Source of the DNA: Tubulanus polymorphus
Taxonomy: Eukaryota > Animalia > Nemertea
DNA: 64,000 bases
Assembly (NCBI RefSeq): GCF_964204645.1
Contig: NC_134026.1
Span: 28,368,150 to 28,432,149, forward strand
Direction: 5' to 3'
Part shown: positions 27,180 to 42,100 of the stretch, one piece after another
Layout of the letters: each line of letters opens with the position of its first letter
Position numbering within the stretch: the first letter of the stretch is position 1
The notes under the pieces: model-generated
The model's input: the letters and a program-made list of their open reading frames with translations, nothing else
The model's database searches: none
Told to the model about the DNA's origin: nothing
Position numbers and translations under genes: made by a program

Positions 27180-30100
27180 TCACACGAATGCGTTTAGCGC
27201 GTGATACATCTGCATTAACACCACGAAATGAATAGGCAAACAAGACCTTCGATCGTTCGTCGACATGTCCATTGTCAGCCATGATAATGCGTTATACATT
27301 TCCAGCACGTATCTGAAATAAAAATCAACAAACATTTCGTTTTGAAAACTGTATTGTACGATAGAACTCACTTAATTCGGATCATTCCGGTTTTCCACAA
27401 ATCCAGATCGAACATATTTTAAATGCGGTTTGAACCTTACCGGAGGACATCACAGGTAAAACTAGAATCGAGAGGATGATTCACTTTGGTCTGCGTCGTA
27501 TGGAAAAGATCATCTTGTATTTGTTGGACAGATGGACTGTGGATATGAAGGGCGAACTATAACAAAAGCAGAGCAATGATTAGATCATAAAACCGCGATC
27601 AAGTACTATCACACACCGGATTAGTGAATAGCAGAATTTTCACATCATCTCTTTTTCATTGTAAAAACCAGCACTTTTCACTCGGAACCTTAAGAGTTTC
27701 AACTTAAAGAATATCTTTTCACACAAATCAAAATATCAAAATCAAATACATGTACATACCTTGAAGCACACGGGACAAACGTGTTCCTGGTGTGGACAGG
27801 ATGACCAGAACCATTTAGGCATCGGTCCAACCTTAGCCGTGGATACGTAATAACCCATTGCGAGAGGTTGCTGCAACAGATTTGGTGACTCCTCTTGCGG
27901 ATCTAGTGGAAGACCAAGTCCGCTTTTACCGATACCGGAGAACTGAGACGGAGAATGGTGTCCTCCGACTCCGAGACCTAATCCGCCAGAGGGCGATGTT
28001 GGACCACCTTGAGGCGAACCTTCGGGCGAGGGAAAATCTTGTAGACCGAAGAATGAATTGAAATCGTGATCTTCAATCGCTAGATTGATGTCTTCATCGT
28101 CTAAACCTACGTCATCCATGGCTGATGAGAAGTCAATCTGATCTTGTTGTTGGTAGACTTGAGTATTAGCCTGCAATGATTTATACAAGTTATTATCACA
28201 ACTTTCTCATTATTCTGACAGCTCCAGTCATTGATACTTCAAACGTTTCATACTTAGTAGCAATTGATCTTAATTGAATCATATCCGCAAATTTCACCGA
28301 CAAAACTATGCAATTATGATCGTGAAAATGACAAGAAATATTTCTTCTTACACGATTAGGCTCCAGGTGGGGGAACATCAAAAACTAAATTACCTAAAAG
28401 CTGAACGATTTTGACATGAATTCGGTCACTATTGTCAGAATTCAATACCTAACAAACAACTTACATTGCGTAATGAGTTGTAACAATGATAAGTTCATAA
28501 AATGAGTTGTAAATACCTGAGCAGTAGCTGATGTTGGAAATACGAGGATGTGTGTGGCCGACGCGTCACGAGGCGTCGTCAACGGACGATAACTAGCTTG
28601 TTTCTCTTCCTCTTTCAACAGATCAGGCATCACTTGGAACGTTCCCTGCGGTTCCATCGACACTAAACACGCGCTCAGTATACACGGCGTCTCGTTGTTA
28701 CTGAGATGCGAACACGATCCGCAGATCTCTTTTATACGTTTACTCACTCGCAGCAGGTTCTTTTTACTCAATAGTCCGGCCCATCCTTTCAGTTCACCGT
28801 GACCGAGACGCCCGATACGGTGAACGACCAGTCGCCATGGAATAGTAGTCATGGATATCACTCCCAGGATGAAATCCCACAGTTTTTGAAGCCCGATTTT
28901 ACGCGCCGACGCCTTTTTACGACGGTTGCGATTCGGAATCTCGATGTTGATCGTGCAGTTTTGAAATAGTTCGCCGCGTTCGTCGGTGATCGTCGCCAGC
29001 AACCAACGCTGATCCTCCGACAAACAATAACAGCAGAATAACGAACTGGAACTGACGTTATCACCGGAATCAATCAGAGACGGTCGATCCAACGGCATTC
29101 CTAATATATACAGCGGACTATGCAGTCGAGGAGTCGCTCCCTTTGAAAGCTGAAAAAATATATATTCCTGAAAAACTCACCAACAACCCCTAGAGTTCCC
29201 CTTCAGACTACCTGATATCTCTAATTATAGTTTTCATCAAATTGAGACATTTGACATCAAAATGATGGTTTTTTCTTTAAAAAATCAACAATAAATCATA
29301 CTGATTTTACAAGTACTCATTTACAAGTACTTAAGTATATTCATAGTGGTCAGGCTCATAGAATAGAAACTACTCTCAAATAGTATTAGCCTTAGTCCAG
29401 CGGTTTGCATTAAGTAAGCCCCTCCATACTATTTTGAATCAAAATCCTGCCACAGTGCCACTCTTAAATCGTCAATTACTTCGCTAGCCGATTTATGAAC
29501 TGACTCCGACATTTAGAAACAATTCCCAGCTGTTTCAAGTCAGTGCTGCCATCTGCCAGGTAAATCTTGAACTAGATGGAAGACTAGACATTCGCAGTAT
29601 GCCACTTTCCGACAATTCGTCTCCAGCCACCAACAATCTTTTCAAATTGAGAATACAATTTCATACCGATGATGCATTGAACTAACCTCTTTACTCTTGA
29701 GAAACTCATCACCGCCAGAAATTGGTCCAAATCCAGTGAGGGACCTGCCCACCATCTGGTGCACCAACAGACGTTTACTCTGCGTGAATACAGAAAATGC
29801 TAACGACTTCAGCAGTTGTAATTGTGTATCTGCTGTAGTCTTATCTAAAATCGTCTGCAGTGGGATGATCTGTAAAATAGAATGATTGCATGATGATCGT
29901 AACTATTTGGTCAAAACTTTTCCATCAAAGCATCGACAAATTACACTAAGTAAATTGAATCGCAAATACGAATTGACCGTGTATTGTTACCTGTAACTGT
30001 ATATTGCATTGCATTTGTTCGGGTAAATTCTGTTTCATCTGATGGAAAACACGCGTTAATCCGAGCATCGATAAGCGACTAGTCGTCTCGTAATCCTGTC

Positions 30101-33100
30101 CGTAACAATATGGATCTACCATATAAATAACCAGCGTAGGACAACTGGCGCCATCTTTATCATCCGATTCGGTTTCGCTCTGCGTGGCACGCTCCGGTTG
30201 ATTGACCGTTTCAGCATCTGGAAATCAGGAAAAAATATTCATTGACAATTTCGCATAAGTTATCACTACACTCCGATGTGGCAATAGTTCGCAAGCCTGG
30301 ATTTCTGACATTCGATTAAAATCCATCCATAATTTTTCAAAATTTTATGAGCAATGAACAAAAATTGCACTACATATGAACCCTAATCTCTTTATCAAGA
30401 GAAAAGATTTGCATAATATCTGTGTGGGAGGCAAAAATCTTGAAGAAAGTTCTTTGAATTTAAATGTAATTTTGACCACGTTATCGCATGATAACTTATG
30501 GGACAGGTTTTGGCAGAGGTCCTCATAACATGTATATATTTCTATTCACGAATTAATTTACAATAAGATGTAGAATGAAATACTAAATATCGTTAAATAA
30601 AATGTTGGTCTGTTGATTTCAAAGGCCCAGAAGCTCACATTATCATTGTCAGAATAATATCCCATAGACTAACGAACCTTTTTCATCTTGAGATTGCGGC
30701 GTTGACACTGAAGTCGACTGATTGAGTTGTTGTTGGTTCTGTTGTTGTCCGTCTAGTGACGACGGTGGATGAGGTGATGGTTGAGTCATCGGTGGAGGTG
30801 GCGGGGGAGGTGGCGTTCGCTTTGAGCTCGATTCGAATAGCGTTTTATCCAGATTCTGTTCTGCCAAATGCGGTGCTGCAAATAAACAACATTTCAGTTG
30901 TTACTCGTGTCAATCTGGTCATCATCATTTGTCATTTGTACGGAGAAACTTACCTAAATGGTATCTACAGGCTTGAGCGTACAACCTCAACCTATGAGCA
31001 GTGGGCGACGAACCCAAATTCATGAACCAGTCATCGACTTCGTAGCCGGCCAACTTCTTCGCCGCCTTTTTGCCGACGCGTAGAATGCCGTCGCGAAGCA
31101 CTTTATCGACGGGACAGTGTCGACCTAATCGACATTGTTCGTAAATAACTCCGAGTTGTTTGAAAAACGTCCGAACATGATTAATCACATAGTCGTTCTC
31201 GGGTGCAACGACAACGTAAGCGATATCCTTCGTATGACAGTATGGTTCCAGAAATAACTTCTCCTAAAAATTGGGAGAAAAAACACTCTTTAATTCCTTT
31301 CATCTACATTAATTCACTTGAAGTTTCCCTGGGAGAAAAAACACTCATTAATTCCTTTCATCTACATTAATTCACTCAGTTTCAAAAATGTTTCTTTCAG
31401 CAAGTAATTTATTCAATGTTTCGACTCGTCTGAAGTCATCTTCAGGAAAACTAGTGAAAAATCTGTTCTACGGGCCGTTCCGTTTTAGAATAAACCAAGA
31501 CAACCAATCTAGCTCCGTTCTTAGTTTTAGACTGGATCAATTGTGTTCATGAATATTACTTTATCAGTATCTTGGTTCTGGATTGTAATATCTCAATTTT
31601 GTCACATTACCATGGCTTTAAGAATATAGTCGAAACTTCGAATAAACTACTAACTGAAGGAAACATTTTACGCTCTCATTTTTCATCCTTCGTGTAGGAT
31701 TCGATATCATCAGTTTCTAGTTGTTCATGAGTTTGAATAATCACTGTCAATAGAAGACGTACCCAGTAACGTATGGCGTAAGGCGATAATGATAACCAAT
31801 CCTTCTCATATTTAACGAGTAATGGAGGAATAGGCTGTGGCTCGCACGCTTCATCCGCCCCACGACCCGCTAATTTATGGAAATCCTTCCACGTCAGCGG
31901 ACCTGTGATCGTGTACGTCGCCTCCCATAACCGAGTCGTACGTTTTTTCTGTATGGCATCTTGGAGAAGAGGTTGTAGTGACTTTAACATTCGTACCATA
32001 TCCTGAGTATTGGCAGGCACTTTGGCTAGAAAATCAAAAACGTTGATTAATTATATACTATTTATATTGATAGATTTCGGATGATTTAGATAACTTTTGT
32101 AATAATGGATCTTCTTAAAAAAACCTCAGCTATAACAATTTTTTGTAAACCTAGAATTTCTTTCAATTATTTCATACTGAATGCTGTGAACTATTTGTTG
32201 TAAACATATTTTCTGGTTGGCCCAGGTTTAAGTCCAAAATTGGTCTAAGACTGATCTAAAGGTGATAGATTGGCTATACAGTCTTAAATCGAAGCCATTA
32301 TTGTTAAACTCCCTGAAATCTGTTCTAATGAGGTTCCTCCGTGCATTGTACATGCACCATATTATCTATGCATACGATATGTCTATAGATGATCGGTTCT
32401 AAATGATATTCACATTATTGAACGCGCATCAAATATGAAAAAATTATTCAAGATCGAATATTTCTGAATATCATCTGCTTCACAAAATAGATTTCAATCA
32501 ACTCAATTGTTAACATTTCCTATACGCAAGTGCTCACAACGATTATTTTACATACGCAGCTGCTACAGCTGTTCATTGATACTGAACCGATATTGAAGTT
32601 CATTATGGTTTGAAAGATTCACCGACTCAACGATCAGTGATATCATACCTTTACTCAGCAAGAGGAATTCCGCTGGTAGAATTCAAAATATTTCATTAAA
32701 TAACAATTTCAATGTAATTAGTACTAACCTGGCACATGCGGCCATTTATGAATTGACGATAATTTATGCGGATCGTCTAGTTTCGTAGGAGAACAGTTAT
32801 CCATCGCTTGTTTACCCTGTTCAAAGGCACTCAAACACACACGTCGAGTATCTGCAAAACAGCACGAAATGAAACAAATCACATAAATGCCTACAGTTAC
32901 AGTGATTTTAGTTTTCCCTTTAGAAAACGGAGCCTTCATTGACAGACACACCAACATCAACAGTTTTGTGGTGACTAGTTAGATGACGGTGATTTTCAAG
33001 AAAGATAGCTGAAGAGAGTTGATTGACCTTTGCAATGCTACATTAAGTATTAAATGGATATCCCAAATACTTCCAGGATTAATGGAAAATTTATCAAATT

Positions 33101-36100
33101 CCCAAACATTTCCATACCCGGAAAAGTTTTCCAAGCAACTGCCATGAGGCATTTTTGAAAAGGTTTTAAAGCGATTGACTTAATGATACAGGATTCAGAT
33201 GTATATTCAAATTCATGTCATTACACCAATCACGCAACAGTAATTAAACGTCTTTGTTGTTATTTCGTTTGCCTGATATCTGATAGGCTAGATGTCACTA
33301 CTCTTCATTCAAAACAAACATGGCAACTCCAGGGAAGCTTACCAGTGAAAATTGTGAATTTTGTGCTTATCAATTCCTTGGATTCCAAAAACAATTGAAA
33401 GCTTTAAGGGGTTACGCATCATTTGGGGCCGACCAAATTTATTTGGTTCATGAAAAATCCGATTTTAAAATCATGACGTTTTACATATGTCTACGTACAA
33501 GTTCACCTTAAATAACATAAGCTGATAATGATTTAAGCGGGTTTGACTGTAGTAGTTTAAGCCCAGCGCTTACCTTTGACTTCTAGCACATTGACTAATC
33601 CACTTGTATTGCTATTGTTCATCGCGCTAATCCGTAATTGTTCCAACATACGTAACACAGAACACGACGTAAATACATTAGCGACTTGATCCTGTAGTAA
33701 ATGCAGTATATCATGCGGCACGTCCTCACTCGCCGCAGTTGGGTCCTTGCCCTGCTGGTTATTATTATCGGCCGCCAACGACAGCAACGACGGTTTGCGT
33801 CGGTCGTAGCGGTCGTCGCGTATTCCGGTGACGTCGACTTCGTCCTCGTAAAACAATCCCGAGCAGTATCCGTAGCGACGGTTGACCACCGCGCTGAAAC
33901 CGCACGAGCACCGGTCCTGCGGTTCGTACATGCCCATTGGATCGGCTAAATATAATCCCGAATCAGCACCTTTTATACTTAAGTTACACACGCAGATGTT
34001 ACAACTGTCGAAGTTGTGATCGCGAAATATGTTCACTATGGAATCGGACAATACGATGTTGACTATGAGACCGTGAGCCTCGGGTATCTGACTGTTCGTG
34101 CCGTGGTTGTCGATCGAGCTCAGGTTTTTATTCATGTACGACGAAGCGTTGGAAGCCGGCGATTGTAGTTCGTAACTAAGAGGCGTCCGTTGTTGCGAAC
34201 CGCCCTGGAACATGGCCGGCGATGTTTCCATCGCCATCATCCGCTCCGGCGGTCCCCGACACGATATATTATCCATGGACGGCAAACTGTTGTACTGACT
34301 GAAAAACAGAGGACAAAACCATTGATTAAACGCTATGCACGTGTTTGTGTATGAAAATCACACTCTAAGCATGTAAAATAAAATCTGATTTGATAGAGCT
34401 AGTCAATTCAACATTTCAACTATATACTTATAACAATTCAGCAATACTTTTATACTTAAATAAGAGGACATTCAATAATCTATGAGTGAAGTTTTCTACT
34501 AGTTGAGTAATGCCTCAAGGTTGTTACTTTTGCGTTCCCCATTTAAGGAGTATTCAAGGAGAGAATGTTAAAGTTCATAGATGTTTACAATGGCAATTAA
34601 TATGTTTAGCCAATGGGTACTTAGCTGATTAGACTAGAAACCATTGTCCCAGACAAAAATAGAATGACTTTTGAAATTAATTTCAAGACTTTTCGACGAA
34701 TAATTACTAAAATACCTTACCTCATAGGCTGCTTCTCGATCATAGGCAACGGATACTGCCACGACGGTTTATAGAAACACGTCGCTGGGATATGAACTGA
34801 CGGTGAATGAGAACTAGGCAGCTCGATCGGGTTATATTTCGGCGAACCGACGAACATTGACACCGGCGTAATCTTGAACGCGTACGACCAGTCCTACGGA
34901 TTGAAAATTAACTTTAAAATACATTCAAGAAAAGACCTCTTAAGGACCTGGTTCCACTACTCAAGCGTAAAAGCATTTGAAGTGAACTACATATACTAAT
35001 GACTTGTATAGACCTTTGCTAGAGTCGATCGATCAATAAAGCCACAACAATAATCAAATTCATCCTTGAAAATAGCACATTACAGTACAATCTATTTCGC
35101 TGAGTCGCTTTAGCCTCATCAGGTATGTGTATATGTATGGCCTCCTAGATTGACAATCACTATTTCTAAGGTCCATAATAGAAAATAATGAATGATCACA
35201 TTCTAAATAGTTGTGTATTTCTGCTGAGGGCCCATATGCCGTTCTGTTTATCTAATTTTTAATCAGGTCAAAATGACCTACCTTTTCCGGTTCCTCCGGC
35301 GTTAGAATCGGTTCTGGTTTCGGAGTATACATATGATGATCCATGATCATCAGATGATCGTGAGCATTATCAGCAGGTGATGGAGCAGTGTTGTTCTCTA
35401 ATGAAGGCGGAGTGGGAAACATCCGAGACAGTTCCGTCGGACCTGAATTTCAAACAACAAATATATACTTGAATAGTTTCATCTCTTCAAGTATTGACAA
35501 TATCTGATATACCTCGACCACACAAGCATTTTTTAACCGAGGCAAAAATTTGACTATGATCTGGTCCAGGACAAATAACGTCCGCATGATCCAGTTTATG
35601 TTGTAAGTGTTTAAACTAACCTATCATTTCTGAACCAGTGCTGCTGTTTAAACTGCTGCCCTTGTTTATTTTAGTATTACAATCCTCGGTTATCTTTATC
35701 GCTGAAGGTTCCTGAAACTAATACATAGAAGAAATCAGATCTAGCGCGCGTACTATCAGACTTGGAAATATACTACAATTCATCCAGATACGCAACATAT
35801 CAATCATCAATTCCAAGTTCAAATAATTAGCAAAATTCAAAATAGTTATGAAAACACAGGGCAGGCAGGCACAGAGTTACACTCGTACTTACGATGCCAC
35901 CCCGAATAATGACAGGGCTGACAGCCTGAAACACGCAATCAGAAAATTTACACTCAATCTTCTGTTTATCGTTATCGAAATGCCGCATACAATCGTGAAA
36001 CTTACTGTATCATCATTGCTCTCGTCTCCCGACGTGTCAAATATATGATCGAGATCACCGTAAGCCGGTACTAAATCCTTCTCACTCATTAGACTAGTAG

Positions 36101-39100
36101 GCGCAGTCGGAGTATGTGGCGAGGCAGCTGTCATGTCTACAATACATATTATCATTATCATCATTTACCATATTTGGTGCCTTATTCGATAAACAATGCT
36201 TTAAGGCACTTACATAAAACATTCATATATAATAAATGTGTGACTAACAATCAGCTTGAGTAAAAAGACAGGTTTAACAATTTAAGACCAACTTTTAGTT
36301 CTAGAGCCAACCTAACTACTAAAGAATAGTCTGCAGATATAAGACCACTTTTGGACTGATATCAAGACTCTGCAACTGGGCCAAAAAAGTTCAGTTTCAC
36401 TTATTTCGACCGGATAAAACTCTATTATTAGTCACAACACCAGGTGGCGTGTTGACAAACTACTGTACATACCGCCTCCAGCTCCGACGCTGCCCGATTT
36501 TTCGTCTTTCCGATTCTTAAAATCTTTATTATCCTCCTCTTTGATTCCGAACGGCGACGGACGCGGGAAGAAGTCGTCGCGATGTCGCAACGAACTCCAC
36601 TGCAACGACGCACCGGGGTCAAAATCCTCGCGGAATTCGTACGGGTCGTAAATATCGTGATTATTCGGCGCATTAGACATATGAGACGGACTCCTCATCG
36701 GTGCACGCGTACCGGCGAGGCAATTAAATCCACTATTCATTTGATTCATAGTCCGTGAATTATCCAGTTTGCCACAACTGTCTGATTTTAACTTCTTCAC
36801 CGGATGTTGTAGCCTAAAATTGAGAAAATTTAAGTTTGTCAACACAAATCTATCCTCTTAGATCAAAACTACAGTGAGTACAGAAGACTCATTCTAAACT
36901 ATCGTGCCGAATTATTATTGCTTTAAAAGCATATCAATCTTAAAGTGATATCAGAACAAAATTCACTGCAGCATTCCCTGATGAAAAGATACCAAGTATT
37001 CCTTCTCAAGCCCCGCCGAGAACAACAAAACACCAAAATTCTAATTCCATGACCTTTTTTCATCAGTTTCATGAACAGTTTCCCTGCTGAAAAAAATAAA
37101 TCCGGATTCCCTGATCAGTAAGAACCCTGAACAACATACAGCACTTACCAGGTATTCAGTGATGAGAAATCGTACAACGATTTACACTCGCTGACCTCAT
37201 CGCCTTCCACAGACGTTCCCGGCAAGACTGGCCGTTTAAATCCTTTTTTATCGGTGTGTTTCGTCGCGTCCATCCACGTCGGTAATAATCCGTCGCTGAA
37301 CGATGTGGTTTTCTCGGATTTCGACGCGCAGCTATCGACGCTACCGTTCATGTGATATGTAGGCGTGTACGGTTCAGTTTTCGGTACGGAACCCGGTGGT
37401 TTGCCGTAAACTATATCCGCCGCTGGGTTCGAGTTCGCAGACGATGATGATTGATTATTTTGATGGTGATTGATGATGTTGTTATTGATTATTCCGTTTT
37501 GTTGTTGAGATTCATTTTGCGCGATTGACTGGTGGTGGTGACGATTCGGATCTTTATCGAGTTTATTGACGGCGGCGGCGTTGTTGGCGGCGCTGGTAGT
37601 CGGCGGGTGGGGGCTGAGCGTCGGCATCGTCGCGTCAGTCGCGGCGGCCGCATTCACCGCCGGTTGACTGTGCGACGCGACTAGCGGCGACGGAGCAGCA
37701 GAATGCGGTGATTCCACGCCCTGCTGCTCGTAGTTCGTAGTCCGTATCGGTGGTGGGATATTATTACCGCTAGCGCCACCTCCACCGCTGCTGCTGCCGC
37801 TGCTGCCGGTCGCCGGACCTTTAAAGTTCGTTAACGAAGGATTAGCGATCCTCTGCATGACGAGATCGACGTCGTTTTGTATAATATCCTCGCTGACGTG
37901 CGATCGGCGATGAAATGAATTCACACGCGAATGTTTCGATTGCAGTTTCTCCGATTTGTCGCCTTTCTCCAGTTTCGTATACTTGCCACCGGGAATCATC
38001 GACGCTTTATCCTTATTCTGAGAACTAAGTCCGACTGGACGCGGCTTATTCAACTTCAACCTGAAATGAAATGTGTACTTGTTAATACCATGTGTATAAT
38101 TACTTTCTCATCTTTAGCCAATCAGAAATCACATTCTACATAAGCCCGGGTTATTCTATCCATGAATTGGTCACATTATACAACAGGCAATGTGGATGGC
38201 TTTTTATAACATCACCATCATTAGATTTCGGTGATAGTTTCGAGTCTAGGGACCCAGTTCTAGAGCCGACGAGTACCGAGGCAGGTTTCGATTGGTCTTT
38301 GCCGATTCCAAAATATCTCTTCTGGCGTATCATTCGTTTCGACCAGAATATGCTCTAGCTGTTCGGGAATATTTTTTTTGTTCTCCTACACTTTTCGGGA
38401 GGAATCGTTCCATTCATCTTCAGAGTTGATGGGTGGAAGGTGTATCTTACCCATATTCATTAGGACTGGAAATAGTCGGCGATATTAACAAAAATAAGTC
38501 CGGGATATAATTCTTACTTTGAACAGCCACAATGACTTTTATGAGTCGGGTCGGTGCAATCCCAGTTCGCTGGATCGTCCGGGTTTTCCATGTTTTGAAC
38601 CGGTTGACGCCGGCCCTGAGGAGCGACGCTTACATCCTGCGTAACGCGTTCGATCACATGGTTACCCATCAGTCGACCGTTCGGCGTACGTCCGGCGGGA
38701 TCGACCACGTTACCTCCGCATAAACCCGATAATTTGGCGCCGGCTTCTCCGCCGCAAACGTTCGTTTGATCGCACGGCGAAGTCGGAGGAGTCAACGACG
38801 AATTGGAGACGATCGACACCTGACGACGGATGTTACCGGTTACCGGGTGGTTCGGGGTGGCCATGTGCGGCGTAGTATCGTCCATATCGGTGACCAGCAC
38901 GAAACACGATGGGTAACGCATCCGAACTCCACCTGAAATTAATCCATCAGAAACTGACTAAAAACGTTCGGAAATTTTATAAGCAGGAACGAGACTAAAG
39001 TTCCGACTTGAGGATCAGGCAGGAACAGTACGACTATCGGTCTGACTGCAGTTCAGTCAAACTCTGCTATGAAGGAATTACTTAATACCACACTTAATCA

Positions 39101-42100
39101 AGGATGGTACGCTACTCTTGGTGTTAATTTGAAATTTTAACGAAAATACCAAACTTATTCGATACACAATCTAACAAGCCCCTCATACATATGAACATGA
39201 CTTTCATGTAGACCTGCTTTTCAGATACATACCGACTTTCACCTCGACCATATTTGGCAGCTTCTCATCCGAGTTCGGATACTCTTTATCTCTGACATTC
39301 ATTATCGGATAGAACTGCCTCCAATCATCCATTAGTTTGCGGGTATACGGGTCTGAGTCGCGGTAACTCTGCCCGGTCAACGTGCCCGCTAGGCCATAAG
39401 GGGCCAGAATCACTGCAATAACGATAGCAACAATAAAATAAACCAGAAGTCAATATCATATTCGTAAGTCAAAACATGAGGCAACATAAAAATAGTCAGG
39501 GGACAGATTGATGAACTCAGGAATCTTCTTATCATTTTCGCAACGAAATACCATGATTTTCACATAGCAGTTACTGATGAGCATAAATTTCGAGCTGTTC
39601 AGTAAACATGGCATAAAAAAGGGGATAAAAATATGAGACACTTTTTAAATCGATCGCATGATTTTCACATTTTCACATTTCATATCAATTTGACCCCTAG
39701 AATGGCCGTGAATCGTTGAGGAATCTTTTTACCTTGTATTTCAGTTGATGGATCCTGAGCGGAGTTGAGGAGTTCCTGCGTAAGGCGGTGCACAGGCGGA
39801 TGTTGTCGGACATCGATACTTGAGCACACTGTACTCTCCCCGTGGAGAAAGAAGGAAAATGCAATGGAAAAATGTGGACTGAAAATATAAACAAGAAGAA
39901 ATACTGAATGATATGAGAGAAAAGATTCGAGAACCTAAAAATATTTCGAAACATTCAGTCAAAGAACAGGACAAAGCTATCATATATCATATATTTACCA
40001 TACAGAGAATAAATTGATCAATTGATTCTTTATAATGTATCATTATCTACAGATATGAAATATTGCATATTACAACATTGATTTATATAAACCCAGCTGA
40101 ATCGTAAATATTTACACTTTGATTATAGAATACAGTATTGAATTTCTGCATGTAAAAATACATTCGTTTAACTTCATCGAAATGAATAATGTATTTATGT
40201 AGGATGATATACACACCGCAGATTAGACATAGAACTCATAAATACATAATGAATTCAACTCATTCAATACAGGTGGAATTATGTGAATAATATTAACTGA
40301 TATGTGTGAGTGTGTTATTCCATGCGATGAGAGTCAGGACACTGCGCAGATGAAAACTTTGATTTTCTATTTGTTTGTCATCATGCCTTAGTACATATAT
40401 AGATGGTGTCTGGTGTGTTTGATCTTGTTGTACTAGTCTGGACAAGTGGCAACGTGCCGCGCAGATACAGTACACAGCAACGTGTCCGGCAGATACAGTA
40501 CACAGCCGATGATAACACACCGAATCATATGCACCTACACTATGCGCGAAAGTAATGAAGACTCTCAGAAAAAATCCCGAAGAAAAATCGATCTATTTCG
40601 CAACTGTATAAATAAATACCATTATCATATGTCTGATATTCAATGGCTTTATTCTGTACATGTCACGGCTAAGTATTTTTGAAAGCAAATGTTGGACATG
40701 GATATATTGATAAATCCGCGATACATAACAGTCATTACAAGTAGGTGGTTACGCAACAAAAACATTACTTGACATTTGACCATAAAATTGAAATAAATCA
40801 TTATCAACTAAAAGTCACAAAACGAGTTTAAATTAGTTTCTCTAATAAAAATCATTTCGCGCTTTCGTCAAGTTGTATCGTAACAACGATAATTAGACAC
40901 CTATACACTACAATACACAGTAAATGGCCTAAATTGTAAATATTCAGAGAATGCTTGTTTTGTAGGTCTCCAGTAGACTGTGGTAGTTAGCCCACCTGCT
41001 TATACCATACAATACAAATCAACCAGAATAATCATAATACAGAGAGAGAGAGGGAAAACTATTATACAGGTCTACTCTCAGCGGGAGTAGATTCTACACA
41101 CATATACACAACACATGTATATTTAACACATTTTCAACTTCTTCAGCTTTCGAATGCTTCTTACATGACACATCACGGGGAAAAAATAACATTCAACGCT
41201 TATTCACAAAAGGGTCAAACGTAACCGATTTATGTTATCTTTTGTTCTTCATGATATAAAACAAAGCGATTTCATTATTAAATAAGCGCCAGGATTCCGT
41301 AATCAGTTTTCAATCAGCAGGCATGATTCCCACGCGCGCCGGCTACATAACGCACACTGCGTGTATGTATCATCATACGACAACACAACTGAATTATTAA
41401 TTTATATTCTGTGACAGTTGTAATGTATTTGACGCGATGCGGAAGACTTGAAATCGGCTATAAGAAGCGCTACCGATACCGGAATATCCGAGCATTGCGA
41501 ACATCGGCGGCGGCCGTGAAGCCCTACGAAACCGGTTCACAAAACGAAAAAGCAATTAAAAAACCTCTAGTGGTCGTTTTCTGATAATAGTTGAAATTAT
41601 TGTACACGAAAGATAGGACGGAAAAATGCCGCGACATGAATGAAATAATTTACAGCTGGCCGGTCAGTCTAAACGTGGTTACAGTTACCTGGTCGAACAA
41701 ATACAATAGTGACAGCGCAAATTCAATTGTCACTTTATGGCATTTATCCACTACTTTTTTAACTCAAACCAACTTTTGAGCAACTGACCCCAGTATTTTA
41801 CAGGATGGCCAAAATTCCCCCCCCCCAATACTTCCTGGACCAAGAATTCCCTGATCAAATGATAAGATATCCTCAGTGCGGGCTGTCTCTTCTCGAGAAG
41901 TTAATTATGCCACTCGTCACCGGCATGAAAGAAATATCAAAAATTAAAATTCCCCGATGTTTACAAAAAGACAGAATTCCCCTATTTTCCTCGCGGGGAA
42001 AGATAGATCCGGAAATCCGTGATTTTTCCTGATCCATATAAGAAACTCAATCGACTCTCACATTTGAGAGCCGATAAATGAGGATGGTTTGTATTGCTAT

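Noticed and set aside
38061-38517. Coding-looking MED13 intron 7 as an extra exon
   Set aside because: The frames I translated contain stops and no phase-compatible splice pair was found.
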